The translations under genes were made by a program, and so were the position numbers. Shown here piece after piece: positions 11,343-20,520 of a DNA stretch of 64,000 bases. The stretch's first letter is position 1, and the number at the start of each line of letters is the position of its first letter. The DNA lies in contig CAWEYG010000002.1 in the NCBI GenBank assembly GCA_963813155.1, positions 352,001 through 416,000 on the forward strand, given 5' to 3'. Below the pieces are notes generated by a model. The model was not told the origin of the DNA. It was given only the letters and a program-made list of their open reading frames with translations, and made no database searches. Source of the DNA: an uncultured Acidobacteriota bacterium. GTDB lineage: Bacteria > Acidobacteriota > Thermoanaerobaculia > UBA5066 > DATFVB01.

Positions 11343-12213
11343 TCAGGGCTTTGTGCTGACCTTTGCCAGCGCGGCTTTCAGTCCCTCGCCGACCTTCTCC
11401 GGCGTTCCGACACCCCAGAAATGCATGAAGAAGAGCCGCGGAGTCTCGCGGAGCATGTGCGAGTGGAGCGCCGTCACCTCGATTCCGTGAGATTCGAGCT
11501 CACGAATGACGGGATTGACTTCGTCGGCGACCAATACGAAATCCCCCGTCGTCGCGACGTGGTTTCCGGAAGTCTCCACGTTGATCGACTCGCCCATGCC
11601 CATCGAGGCCGGGACTTCCATCTCTCCGTCGCGGATCGGCTCGGAACGCGGCACGCCGATCTGCAGGACCGCGCCCGCCATCGTGCCTTTCATTCCGAGC
11701 GCGGACTGCAGGGCGTCGAAGAGCCTGGTCTGAGCAGGAGTGGGCGACGCCGGCGGCCCGGCCTTCATCGGCGTCTTTGTCTTCTCCGAGCGCGGCACGG
11801 AGAGTCTTTGCCAGAGCGGACGGTTCGCCCCTTCCCATGAAGTGGAGGTACAGGACGCGGGGCGTCTCGCCGATCAGGTGATTGTGGATCGCGAGGATTT
11901 CGAACCCGCCGGCCTGAAGCTCACGCACGACGGGATTCACCTCCGAGCCCAGCAGAACGAGGTCGCCCATCGTCATCGCCATTGTCTGAGACCCCTCCGA
12001 CTTGAACGCAGCCCAGGAGCCGAGCGCGAGCGACGGAGCCACTTGAATCGGGCCGATCGCAACGTGCAGGTCCGCGCGCGGCCAGGAGTACCTCTGGACA
12101 TCTCCCGGAAGGCTCTTTCCGTCTTGTCCGAATACCTTTCCGGCTTCCAGCCAGGGCGAGTCCGCCGCGCGGACAAAACCCGACAGGAGCATTGCGATTG
12201 CGAAAAACTTCAT
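11343..12213 (-). CDS. DUF1259 / LppY-LpqO family secreted protein, two repeats; frameshift near 11790
   Basis: Signal peptide; MGDLVLLGSEVNPV...AIHNHLIGETPRVLYLHF and TGDFVLVADEVNPV...ALHSHMLRETPRLFFMHFW. Confidence 0.85.
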
Positions 12214-13142
12214 GACTTTCCTCCTTTTCGAAATGATTCATAGAGCGCGTCGAAGAGCGAGAAACCCTGAGCGAGGCGATCTTCGTCGTCCTCGTGCGTT
12301 GCGGCGATGCCGGTGACGAGGCAAGCCACGCCAGCGCTCTCGGGCCGGCCGAACTTGGCATCCTTCACGTCGACGTCGTGCACGACCTCGGCTACTATTG
12401 CAAGTGCGCGGTCCTTCAGGCCAAGCCGCCGAATCAGCGTCTCGAAAGTGCATTGGTCGCCTTCGTGCGTGAACTCGCCCCCGACCATGTCGAACGATCT
12501 CTCGCCGGCTGCGGGGGCCTCGGATTTCGGGTCGATGAACCGCAGGCGCGCTTTCGGATCGACGAACCGGCGGATGAGCCAGGCCGAGCCGATCCGGTCG
12601 ATCTTCACTCCGCGCCGCGTGACCCAGACCTGGTCTCGCAGCGAACCGATAGACGCGCGGGGAGATTCCATGGTGGCCTCCTTTCGAGGACGTTGCCGGC
12701 CTTCGGCCCGCGCGAGCGAGCGCTCGGCGCGATCCCGGCCGCGGGCGCCGAAGAAATCGAGGCTTCGGATCTCCTCGAAGCGTCGCCGCGCGCGCACGAG
12801 ATCCGGCACCGTCGATCGGCTGAGTTCTTCGACGAACTCGGAATAGTCTCGGTCGCGCGCGTCGTTGAAGAGGCGCTTCAGGTCGCGATCCGACGGGCGG
12901 CCGACGAATCCCGATTCGGTGATGGAGGCTTCTCCGCCTCCGGCGACGATCTCCTGCGCGATCCACTGGAAGTCCTCGAGCGTCTCGGAGTTGCGAGGGA
13001 GCAAATAAACGGAATTCTTCAGCGCGACCGCTCCGACCCGGGCGAGCCGCTGGCGGATCTTCGCGCGCAGATAGAGCGGCTTCGGCGGAATCTGGTGGAT
13101 CAACATGTACCACCGGGGAGGATCGTCGCTTTTCGGACTCAC
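12210..13142 (-). CDS. chrB: Chromate resistance regulator ChrB
   Basis: GAVALKNSVYLLP N-domain; WVTRRGVKIDRIGSAWLIRRFVD...FTHEGDQCTFE C-domain. Confidence 0.92.
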   Translation of the reverse strand: MSPKSDDPPRWYMLIHQIPPKPLYLRAKIRQRLARVGAVALKNSVYLLPRNSETLEDFQWIAQEIVAGGGEASITESGFVGRPSDRDLKRLFNDARDRDYSEFVEELSRSTVPDLVRARRRFEEIRSLDFFGARGRDRAERSLARAEGRQRPRKEATMESPRASIGSLRDQVWVTRRGVKIDRIGSAWLIRRFVDPKARLRFIDPKSEAPAAGERSFDMVGGEFTHEGDQCTFETLIRRLGLKDRALAIVAEVVHDVDVKDAKFGRPESAGVACLVTGIAATHEDDEDRLAQGFSLFDALYESFRKGGKS

Positions 13143-13148
13143 GGCAGG

Positions 13149-14162
13149 TCACGGAACGGACGCCGGATAGGAATCCCGGATCACGAGCAGCCTTCCTCGC
13201 TTGGGTTCGCAGACATAGGCGTTCCCATGCTGGTCAGAGACGACGCAATGGGCGGAGGCCGCAGTCGGTTGCGTTCCGAGAACCGAGAGCCTGCCTTCCG
13301 ACGAGACGCCGAGGATCGCGAGCGTCTCGCTCCCGGCTCCTGGAAAATAGAGATGGCCGAGCTTCGGGTCGTAGTCGATGATGTCGACGCCTGAGCCGCT
13401 TGTGGCCGAACCGAGCACCTTTCCCCCGTGACCTGCGTCCAGAACCACGGCCTTCCCCTCCGCACAGGCGGCGAACACGAAGTCTCGCTTCCGGTCGAGG
13501 CTAATTCCCCGCGACCCCGAGCAGCCGTTACTCCAGCGTTCGACGATCGATCGGCTCTTCACGTCGATTGCCAGCGTCCTGTCTTTCCAGAGATTTGTGT
13601 AAGCGCGGCCGCGAGCCGAATCGACGACAAGTGACTCGGGTCCGCCCGGAACTTCGAGGAAAGCTGAATGGACTGGCCGGGGAGGCTGACCCTCCAGGCG
13701 GAAAATCTCGATTCGATCGCTGTCGGGCTCCGTGACCCAGAGCTCCCGGGTTGGCGCCACGTACCGAACGTAATCCGGGCCAGCAGCAAGTTTTGAGGAA
13801 GTTACGATTTTTCCCAAGCGGGGATCGACGACATTTACGGTCTCCGAGGAGCGATCCGTCGCGAACAGGTATCCGTCTCCCTCGTCGACGGAGGTCGTTC
13901 CTTCGCCGCGACCGCCGCCGAATTTTCCCTGCGCCTGGAATCCTCCGATGACGGTGACCTTCTTGGAGGATGGATCGATGAGATCGAGGCTGCCGGTGCG
14001 GCCGGCTGGGGCGAGTACCTTTCCCAACGATGGCGAGTAGCCGAGGTCGTCGAAGCCAATCCCGGCTTCACCGCCGGGAAGGGAGATTTCGACCGGCGGC
14101 GCGGCCCAGATCGCGCTGATTCCGAGGAGAGGGAATCCAAGGATGAGCGCCCGGAGCTTCAT
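13149..14162 (-). CDS. Secreted YncE/YVTN-like beta-propeller protein
   Basis: Signal peptide, GFDDLGY motif and repeated propeller blades; first gene of the chr operon. Confidence 0.75.
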   Translation of the reverse strand: MKLRALILGFPLLGISAIWAAPPVEISLPGGEAGIGFDDLGYSPSLGKVLAPAGRTGSLDLIDPSSKKVTVIGGFQAQGKFGGGRGEGTTSVDEGDGYLFATDRSSETVNVVDPRLGKIVTSSKLAAGPDYVRYVAPTRELWVTEPDSDRIEIFRLEGQPPRPVHSAFLEVPGGPESLVVDSARGRAYTNLWKDRTLAIDVKSRSIVERWSNGCSGSRGISLDRKRDFVFAACAEGKAVVLDAGHGGKVLGSATSGSGVDIIDYDPKLGHLYFPGAGSETLAILGVSSEGRLSVLGTQPTAASAHCVVSDQHGNAYVCEPKRGRLLVIRDSYPASVP

Positions 14163-14200
14163 GGTTCGCCTCCCGTCCTCGATCGTAGCATCTGTTATGC

Positions 14201-14226
14201 CAGTTGAAATAGTTATCTAGCAACTG
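14201..14226. promoter_or_regulatory. Inverted repeat, candidate ChrB operator
   Basis: CAGTTG-N14-CAACTG with an AT-rich spacer, about 40 bp upstream of the chr operon. Confidence 0.5.
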
Positions 14227-14289
14227 CCATGCTCTGGAATGCATTTGTTTCGTGGGACCGCTGACGCCGCCCAGCCTGAATGCCCGTCG

Positions 14290-14435
14290 TGTCCACACTC
14301 TGTCCACACTTGGTCTACCCATCGGGATTCGGGGGTCTCCCGCGAGAGCCGGTTGGCTCATGACCAAGCGGTGACGAGGCATCACGAACATCAAGTGGTT
14401 AGGTACTGCGGGCACCCGACAGATCCGGAGAGCAC
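14290..14435 (+). repeat. att-arm region copy 1 (arm repeats and IHF-like site, no tRNA core)
   Basis: TGTCCACAC at 14290 and 14301; ATCAAGTGGTTA at 14390; alignable by eye with 19116-19260. Confidence 0.75.
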
Positions 14436-14475
14436 GGCGGCTGCGGACGCTTCCGAGCGGAAAAGGCAAGGGGGT

Positions 14476-15336
14476 TCACTGCGCATGGCCTCGCGGTGCC
14501 TGCGTTTCATCGAGGAGCGTGCCGAGCATCTCTGGCCACCGTTTCTCGAAGTCGCTTTCGCGTTGGAGTCCGCGCTCTAACAGAGCTTGGATTCGGTGCT
14601 GCGCTTCGGGCCACGTCAGCGCGGTCGTAAAAGAGTTGAGGGCGTCGAGGAGCCGGTCGGCGGATGGCAACGAAACTTGATTGACGAGATTCTTCGCCGC
14701 GGCGATGGCACGCCGGTCGAAGGAGGCGATCCGGCGCGCGAGCGTATCGACGAAGCCGTCCAGCTCGGCGTCGGGAAGCGCCCGGTTGACGTATCCGTAT
14801 CGTTCCGCGGTGTCGCCATCGAAGTCGTTTGCGCCGAGAACGATTTCGAGCGCGCGGCCGCGGCCGACCAGATGTGGAAGGCGTTCGCGCACCGCCGCCG
14901 CCGGGATGCAGTCCCACCCCGACCTCGGGTTGGCCCAGTCGCGTGTTCTCGCGCGACGCGAAGCGCATGTCGCAGGCGAGGACGAACTCGCTGCTCGCGC
15001 CCCGGACGCAGCCTCGGATCTTCGCGATGCTGACCACCGGCGGACCTGGTGAGACGCACGAACGTATCCATCAGGATCGGGAGGCCGGATGGCCCCGACG
15101 GCTGTCATGATGTTCCCTAGCTTGCCGGTCAAATCGAAGTGGGCAAGGTAGAAGTCAGGGTTCGCGCTCTCGAAGACGACGACACGCAGGCTCGGGCTGG
15201 CGTCCATTCGAACGAGCAGATCCTGGAGGCCTTGAAATATGGTGGCGTCGAGGATGTTGAAGGGCGGATAGTCGAACACGACCCTCCAGTAAGCGTCCGT
15301 TTCCTCAATGACCCGCAACGACACGGCCTCAGTCAT
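14476..15336 (-). CDS. Enoyl-CoA hydratase/isomerase family protein; internal compensating frameshifts
   Basis: VVVFESANPDFYLAHFD...EFVLACDMRFAS...GQPEVGVGLHPGGG...AERYGYVNR. Confidence 0.85.
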   Translation of the reverse strand: MTEAVSLRVIEETDAYWRVVFDYPPFNILDATIFQGLQDLLVRMDASPSLRVVVFESANPDFYLAHFDLTGKLGNIMTAVGAIRPPDPDGYVRASHQVRRWSASRRSEAASGARAASSSSPATCASRRARTRDWANPRSGWDCIPAAAVRERLPHLVGRGRALEIVLGANDFDGDTAERYGYVNRALPDAELDGFVDTLARRIASFDRRAIAAAKNLVNQVSLPSADRLLDALNSFTTALTWPEAQHRIQALLERGLQRESDFEKRWPEMLGTLLDETQAPRGHAQ

Positions 15337-15385
15337 GATTCACGTCCTCCCTTGTCTCTTCGTCATGTCACTTCCAAGCGGACAC

Positions 15386-15880
15386 TCAGGCTGCCGCTGC
15401 ACGCAACAGAGTTTCGATTTTGCTGTCCAGATCTTCCGCTACCTGGAGCGCATCGTGGTTTCCGTACGCAGCCAGAAAACTGGCCATCCTGTCATAGGAC
15501 AAATGCACGCCATCGGCACGCTCATCCACAAGCACCGTAACCGGAGCGTAAGAGCCCGCGTCTGGAACATGCTTCGCCATTTCCTTCATGATGAGAGGGT
15601 TGCCGATCAGCAAGCGGATGATTCGAGGTGTGTCTTGACCCGTCTCTTTCCGAACAACAGCGCCCTGATCAAGCTGCATGAACAGCATCAGCCCTGCTTT
15701 GCTCAAGCCCTTCTCAACTGTGCTTTTCAGCTCGGCAAAAGAGCGCGCTTCGTGAGTTGATCTCCCGAATTCAGCCATATCCGGATGACCGATAGCCGCG
15801 TTAAGAGCTGCCACAACCTGATCGAACGGGTTAGAGGAGGTAAGGCTGAATCGCTCGATCTCGATTTTTTCTATCATCAC
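15386..15880 (-). CDS. DUF302 domain protein
   Basis: LLIGNPLIMKEM...AGSYAPVTVLVDE...HLSYD pattern. Confidence 0.75.
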   Translation of the reverse strand: MMIEKIEIERFSLTSSNPFDQVVAALNAAIGHPDMAEFGRSTHEARSFAELKSTVEKGLSKAGLMLFMQLDQGAVVRKETGQDTPRIIRLLIGNPLIMKEMAKHVPDAGSYAPVTVLVDERADGVHLSYDRMASFLAAYGNHDALQVAEDLDSKIETLLRAAAA

Positions 15881-15958
15881 GAAATCTCCCTCGGATCTCC
15901 CTCCGGGCCTCCGCCGATGTTGCGAAGATCGGCGGAGGCCTACTCTTCGGTTGAGGAG

Positions 15959-16759
15959 TTACCTATTGGATCGCGCGGAGGTCGCAGCCTCTTCGATGAG
16001 CCTGGCTGTTTCCCTCGGGTGAGACATGTAGGCCACGTGGCTGGCATTCACTTCGACCGTCTTGGCCTTGGCTCGCTTCGCCATCATGCGCTCCTGGTCC
16101 GGATTGATCGACCGGTCCGCGGTGGCCACCATGTACCAGGTGGGCTTGGACTTCCAGGCGGGCGCCGTGACTTTGTGGGTGAACGAGTCGGTGGAGATTG
16201 GCACCTGCGATATAGCCATGTAGTGGGACTCGGCGGGGGGAACGTCCGCCGCGAAGTCGGCCGCGAAATGCGTCTCGTCTATCCACCAGTTCCCGTTGCT
16301 ATCCGCCTTGAATGCCTTGGACGCTTGTGGCAGGGCCTGTTCGATCGACGCACAGCTGTCACCTTCATCGAGTGCAAATGCAGCGATGTAGACCAGTGCC
16401 GCAACGTTTGGATCATTGCCGGCCTCGCTGATGATGGATCCGCCGTAGCTATGGCCGACCAGGACGACGGGGCCGCCCATGGCGTCGATGGCGGCCGTCG
16501 TGTACTTTTGGTCGTCGGCATACGAGGTCTCGGGGGGCTGCGCCACCGACACCGTGTAGCCATCCTTCTCAAGGATCTTGGCGACGGCTTCCCAGCCGGA
16601 GCCATCGGCGAATGCGCCGTGCACCAGGACCACGTTCTTGATGCCAGTCTTCGGCGCCGAACCCGCCGCGGCAGCGTTCAGAGTTGCGCCCGTGAGCGTA
16701 CATGCAAGTGCAGCAACGGCATAAAGCTTAGTCACGATGTTTCTCCCATTCGCTTTCAT
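15959..16759 (-). CDS. Secreted alpha/beta hydrolase
   Basis: VVLVHGAFADGSGW, GHSYGG nucleophile elbow, C-terminal ASH; signal peptide; RBS AGGAG. Confidence 0.9.
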   Translation of the reverse strand: MKANGRNIVTKLYAVAALACTLTGATLNAAAAGSAPKTGIKNVVLVHGAFADGSGWEAVAKILEKDGYTVSVAQPPETSYADDQKYTTAAIDAMGGPVVLVGHSYGGSIISEAGNDPNVAALVYIAAFALDEGDSCASIEQALPQASKAFKADSNGNWWIDETHFAADFAADVPPAESHYMAISQVPISTDSFTHKVTAPAWKSKPTWYMVATADRSINPDQERMMAKRAKAKTVEVNASHVAYMSHPRETARLIEEAATSARSNR

Positions 16760-16798
16760 CTTGGTTCTCCTTTTTCCATTCATTTCTTCTCACCCGCA

Positions 16799-17095
16799 TC
16801 AGGTTTTGTGATCCGACGGTTCCGGGAGCTCTTTCGGCCGACCTCCTTCCCGCAGCATCCATGCCCGTATGTAGGTCGAACAGTTCAGGACCAGGATGCC
16901 GGCGGCCTCGCATTCGTTGAGAAAACGGACGCCATCCACATCCACGAGATCGACCTCCTCCAGATCCAGCGCCACCCGAGATTCCTCTCGCTCGAGCTCG
17001 GCCTTGAGCTCGCCTAGGTGCTCCGATCGAATCTGGCCACTCAACCGGACTCGAGCCTCCCCTCCGGCAGAAATCCGTTCGATCTTGAGCGTCAT
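16799..17095 (-). CDS. Small STAS-like hypothetical protein
   Basis: MTLKIERI...LSGQI...VALDLEEVDLVDVDGVRFL...YIRAWM. Confidence 0.65.
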   Translation of the reverse strand: MTLKIERISAGGEARVRLSGQIRSEHLGELKAELEREESRVALDLEEVDLVDVDGVRFLNECEAAGILVLNCSTYIRAWMLREGGRPKELPEPSDHKT

Positions 17096-17126
17096 GATCC
17101 ACGGCCCATAGCACGAGAGACACAAT

Positions 17127-17208
17127 TACAAAAGCCGAGCCACTTGCAACATATAGCAAGGAAGTGGCTTAGGAGCGAGACTCGAACCGAAATGTCAGGA
17201 ATTCCTGA
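17127..17208 (-). promoter_or_regulatory. Putative sigma54 promoter and upstream activator palindrome
   Basis: Minus-strand TGGCTCG-N4-TTGTA (17127-17142); perfect palindrome TCAGGAATTCCTGA at 17195-17208; directly downstream of a sigma54 activator gene. Confidence 0.55.
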
Positions 17209-17248
17209 AATTAGGGAGATGCGACCGTTGGTGGTCTTCGGGGTCGAA

Positions 17249-19081
17249 TCAGCCGGCGTGCGGGGCCTTGAATCGATATTTCTCGATTCTTAACCGCCTG
17301 ATCTTTGATTCGAGGGTCTGCGCCGGCAACCCGAGCCTGGTTGCCGCGCCTTCGGGTCCTGAGATTCGGCCGCAGCTCTCTGCCAACGCGGCTTCAATGA
17401 TTACCCTCTCCTGCCTCTCGAGAGCGCCATTCAGCGTCCCGGTCTGCCTTCGTCTCGGTACCTCCTCGCGCTTCAACCAGGTCTGGTCGACGGCGAAGGT
17501 CTCACCCTCGCTGAGAATCACGGCACGCTCAATGACGTTCTGCAATTCACGCACGTTTCCTGGCCAGCTGTAGGTCTGGAATGCCTTCAGCGATCTCTTG
17601 TCGATTGCTTTGAATTTCCTTCCCAGCCTTTTTCCGTATCGTCCGATGAAGTATTCAACGAGCAATGGAATGTCCGCAACGCGCTTGCGCAACGGCGGCA
17701 TCTCGATCGGCACGACATTCAACCGATAAAGAAGATCCTCTCGGAATTGACCGTCGGCCACTAATACGCTCAGATCACGATGAGTGGCCGCCAGGACCCG
17801 AACGTCAACGGGAATCGACGTGCTGCCGCCGACGCGTTGGATCTCGCGCTCCTGGAGCACGCGCAACAGCGTGATCTGGATTTCCTGAGGCAAATCGCCG
17901 ATTTCGTCGAGAAAGATCGTTCCGCCATTCGCCGATTCAAAGCGTCCGAGACGCCGCTGTGTCGCGCCGGTGAAGGCTCCCTTCTCATGCCCGAAGAGCT
18001 CAGAGGCGATCAGCGATGGCGGGATTGCCGCGCAATTGACGGCGATGAAGGCCCGGGCGGCGCGGTGGGAACGCTTATGGATCGCGCGGGCGATGAGCTC
18101 CTTTCCGGTTCCGGTTTCACCCAGAATGAGAACCGTGGAATCCGTGGGCGCCACCTTCGCGACCTGGCGGAGCGCTGTGCGGAGCGGTTCGGAAGAGCCC
18201 ACGATGTCCTCGAACATCGAGTCGCGATCGATTTGCTCTCGCAGCGCCAAGTTCTCGTTGCGTGTCATCGCTTCCGCGCGGATGCGGTCATCGATATCAG
18301 TCCCCGTCGCGTACCAGCGAATCACCTGACCTTGCTCGTTTCGAAACGGGTTGTATCGGATGAGAAACCAACGGTACTGGCCGTCTTTCCGAAGAGCCCG
18401 TTGTTCGAGCTCGAAGGGAAGGCCTCTTTCCAGGGCAGACTGGCGGTCGTCTCGCAATCTGTCGACGTCCTCGGGATGGAACAGTCGTTCTCGAAATCCC
18501 GGAGCAAGAAGACTCTCGATCGTGAGGCCGGTGTAATCGAGGGTGGCCTGATTGGCGTACACCGGCGCGCCGGACGGGTCCAAAACCACGATCGTCTGCG
18601 GTATCGCGTCGGTGATTTGCCGAAGCTCGCGCTCGTCGTGCCGGAGTTTCTCTTCCGTTTGCTTGAGAGTCTCGATGTCCGTGCATGCGCCATACCACCT
18701 GATGACCTCGCCCGAGCCGTCACGAAACGGCTCGACGCGCATGAGAAACCAGCGAAAAACGCCGTCGTGGCGGCGCAGGCGCGCTTCCATCTCGCCGGGT
18801 TCCCCCGAAACCAGGAGTCCTCCCCACTTCTCTGCCAACGCTCGTACATCGTCCGGATGGATCGCGACTTGCCAGCCCGAACCATGCGACTCTTCGGCAG
18901 AGAGGCCCGTGTACTCGAGCCATCGTTTGTTGACAAATTCGTTCGAGCCATCCGGCAGATTGCACCAGGCCATCGTGGGGATCGTGTCGATCACACGCCG
19001 GAGTCGAGCCTCCGAGTTCCGAATCTGCTCAAGCAACTCTGCAGGCGAGGGCACCGTGATCGGCACCGCGCTCTCCGTCAC
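17249..19081 (-). CDS. PAS-PAS sigma54-dependent transcriptional activator (NtrC/FhlA-type AAA+); start uncertain
   Basis: Two PAS/PAC domains, GETGTGKE, GAFTGA, FLDEIG, WPGNVRELQN, C-terminal HTH. Confidence 0.93.
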   Translation of the reverse strand: MTESAVPITVPSPAELLEQIRNSEARLRRVIDTIPTMAWCNLPDGSNEFVNKRWLEYTGLSAEESHGSGWQVAIHPDDVRALAEKWGGLLVSGEPGEMEARLRRHDGVFRWFLMRVEPFRDGSGEVIRWYGACTDIETLKQTEEKLRHDERELRQITDAIPQTIVVLDPSGAPVYANQATLDYTGLTIESLLAPGFRERLFHPEDVDRLRDDRQSALERGLPFELEQRALRKDGQYRWFLIRYNPFRNEQGQVIRWYATGTDIDDRIRAEAMTRNENLALREQIDRDSMFEDIVGSSEPLRTALRQVAKVAPTDSTVLILGETGTGKELIARAIHKRSHRAARAFIAVNCAAIPPSLIASELFGHEKGAFTGATQRRLGRFESANGGTIFLDEIGDLPQEIQITLLRVLQEREIQRVGGSTSIPVDVRVLAATHRDLSVLVADGQFREDLLYRLNVVPIEMPPLRKRVADIPLLVEYFIGRYGKRLGRKFKAIDKRSLKAFQTYSWPGNVRELQNVIERAVILSEGETFAVDQTWLKREEVPRRRQTGTLNGALERQERVIIEAALAESCGRISGPEGAATRLGLPAQTLESKIRRLRIEKYRFKAPHAG

Positions 19082-19115
19082 GGAGCCGACGATAGCATGG
19101 CATCGACGACCTTCC

Positions 19116-19342
19116 TGTCCACGCTCTGTCCACACCTGGCCGACCCGTCGGGATTCGTGGGTCTCCCGTGGGAGTCGGCTAGCTCATGACCAAGCGTCGA
19201 TGAGACACCGGAAGATCAAGTAGTTAGACACCGCAGCAGCCCGACAGCTCCGGGAGGCACCGAAGATCGCCGGCCCGGGAATTCGCGGGAAATCGGTATC
19301 GCACTCAGGAGGTCGTCAGTTCGATCCTGATCAGCTCCACCA
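19116..19342 (+). repeat. attR-like site: arm repeats, IHF-like site and 45-bp tRNA-Ala 3' duplication
   Basis: TGTCCACGC/TGTCCACAC at 19116/19127; ATCAAGTAGTTA at 19215; ATCGCACTCAGG...CTCCACCA at 19298-19342 identical to 3789-3833. Confidence 0.9.
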
Positions 19343-19469
19343 ATTTACCTTTTGCCGGTAGCGCCCAAACCGCATCGAGGCGCGAAGTCGATTCCAAAGA
19401 GGCGAGATATGATTTCGGAGCCAGATCGTTCGGCTGACCACAGCGTCACGACGACGGAAAGGAGTCTTC

Positions 19470-19829
19470 ATGCGCCCAATTCATGCCGGCTTGCACCGCA
19501 TTCTCGATTTCGTAACTGTCTTTGCCTTCGCCGCAGCACCATTGGTTCTCGGCCTCAAGGGAGGAGCGGCAGTGCTCTCATACCTCCTTGCGGGCGTCCA
19601 CCTCGTCCTAACCGTTCTTACGCGGTTTCGAGGCGATCGCGGGCTCGTGCCCTTGAAGGTCCATGGCGCGATAGAGCTCCTCGTCGGCCTCGCGCTTGTG
19701 GGGGTCCCATTCGTCCTCGGTTGGGTCGGCGTCGCGCGCGTGTTTTACATCGCCGCCGGCGTGGTCATCCTCCTGGTCTGGGCGTTGTCTGGCTACGACA
19801 GACATCTGGCACGCGCGGCCCGTGCTTGA
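19470..19829 (+). CDS. Small membrane protein (SPW-repeat-like)
   Basis: RBS AAGGAG; four hydrophobic segments; H..LD and VPLKVHGAIE repeats. Confidence 0.65.
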   Translation: MRPIHAGLHRILDFVTVFAFAAAPLVLGLKGGAAVLSYLLAGVHLVLTVLTRFRGDRGLVPLKVHGAIELLVGLALVGVPFVLGWVGVARVFYIAAGVVILLVWALSGYDRHLARAARA

Positions 19830-19838
19830 CCCCCACCC

Positions 19839-20312
19839 ATGATCCTGAACGCCAGGTACGGCCACACGAACGTCATCGCACGAGATTGGCGGGCACTGTC
19901 GGCCTTCTACCAGCACGTGTTCGGCTGTGTGCCTGTGCCTCCCGAGCGCAACTACTCGGGCGCGGCGCTCGAGTCCGGCACGGGCGTCAAGGGCTCAACG
20001 GTTCAGGGCGTCCATCTCCGTCTCCCCGGCCTGGGCCCTGACGCTCCCACTCTCGAGGTCTACTCCTACAGCATTTCGGCAGAACCTATCCGTCCGGAGG
20101 TCAACCGCCCCGGCTTCGCGCATATCGCATTCGTCGTTCCCGACGTGAGCGCGGCGCAGCGCGAGGTCCTCGCCGCAGGGGGCGCAGCGGTCGGGCAGAT
20201 CGTCACGCTTCAGACCTCAGTCGGTAGCCGCGTTGCCTGGTGCTACACCCGGGATCCAGAGGGCAACATAATCGAGCTTCAATCGTGGTCCGCCGAAACG
20301 CTTGGAGCCTGA
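19839..20312 (+). CDS. VOC/glyoxalase family protein
   Basis: YGHTNVIARD...FYQHVFG...GFAHIAF...RDPEGNIIELQ. Confidence 0.88.
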   Translation: MILNARYGHTNVIARDWRALSAFYQHVFGCVPVPPERNYSGAALESGTGVKGSTVQGVHLRLPGLGPDAPTLEVYSYSISAEPIRPEVNRPGFAHIAFVVPDVSAAQREVLAAGGAAVGQIVTLQTSVGSRVAWCYTRDPEGNIIELQSWSAETLGA

Positions 20313-20520
20313 CAGCCGCAGTGATCGGCGCCGCAGCGATCGTTGCGAACTTCGTGCGCTCCGGGAGGATCTTGTGGGGCGGGTTCGTCATCCTTGTATT
20401 GGCTTTTGTCGCGTGGCGAGCGCGCAACAGAAATGTCAACGGCGCGTAAAATCCGGTTGCACCGGCCTCGGCCAGAAGCCTCACTGCTGAGGCCGGGTCG
20501 TTAGGGCTAGAGAAGCCAAG

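Larger units (their letters stand above)
3789..19342. mobile_element. tRNA-Ala-integrated genomic island, probably composite, no integrase detected
   Basis: Exact 45-bp direct repeat of the tRNA 3' half at 3789-3833 and 19298-19342; arm-type repeats inside; accessory cargo. Confidence 0.85.

Noticed and set aside
14290-19135. TGTCCACA repeats as DnaA boxes or a replication origin
   Set aside because: Only isolated pairs occur, with no AT-rich unwinding element or dnaA/rep gene. Their position relative to the IHF-like site and tRNA core fits integrase arm sites better.
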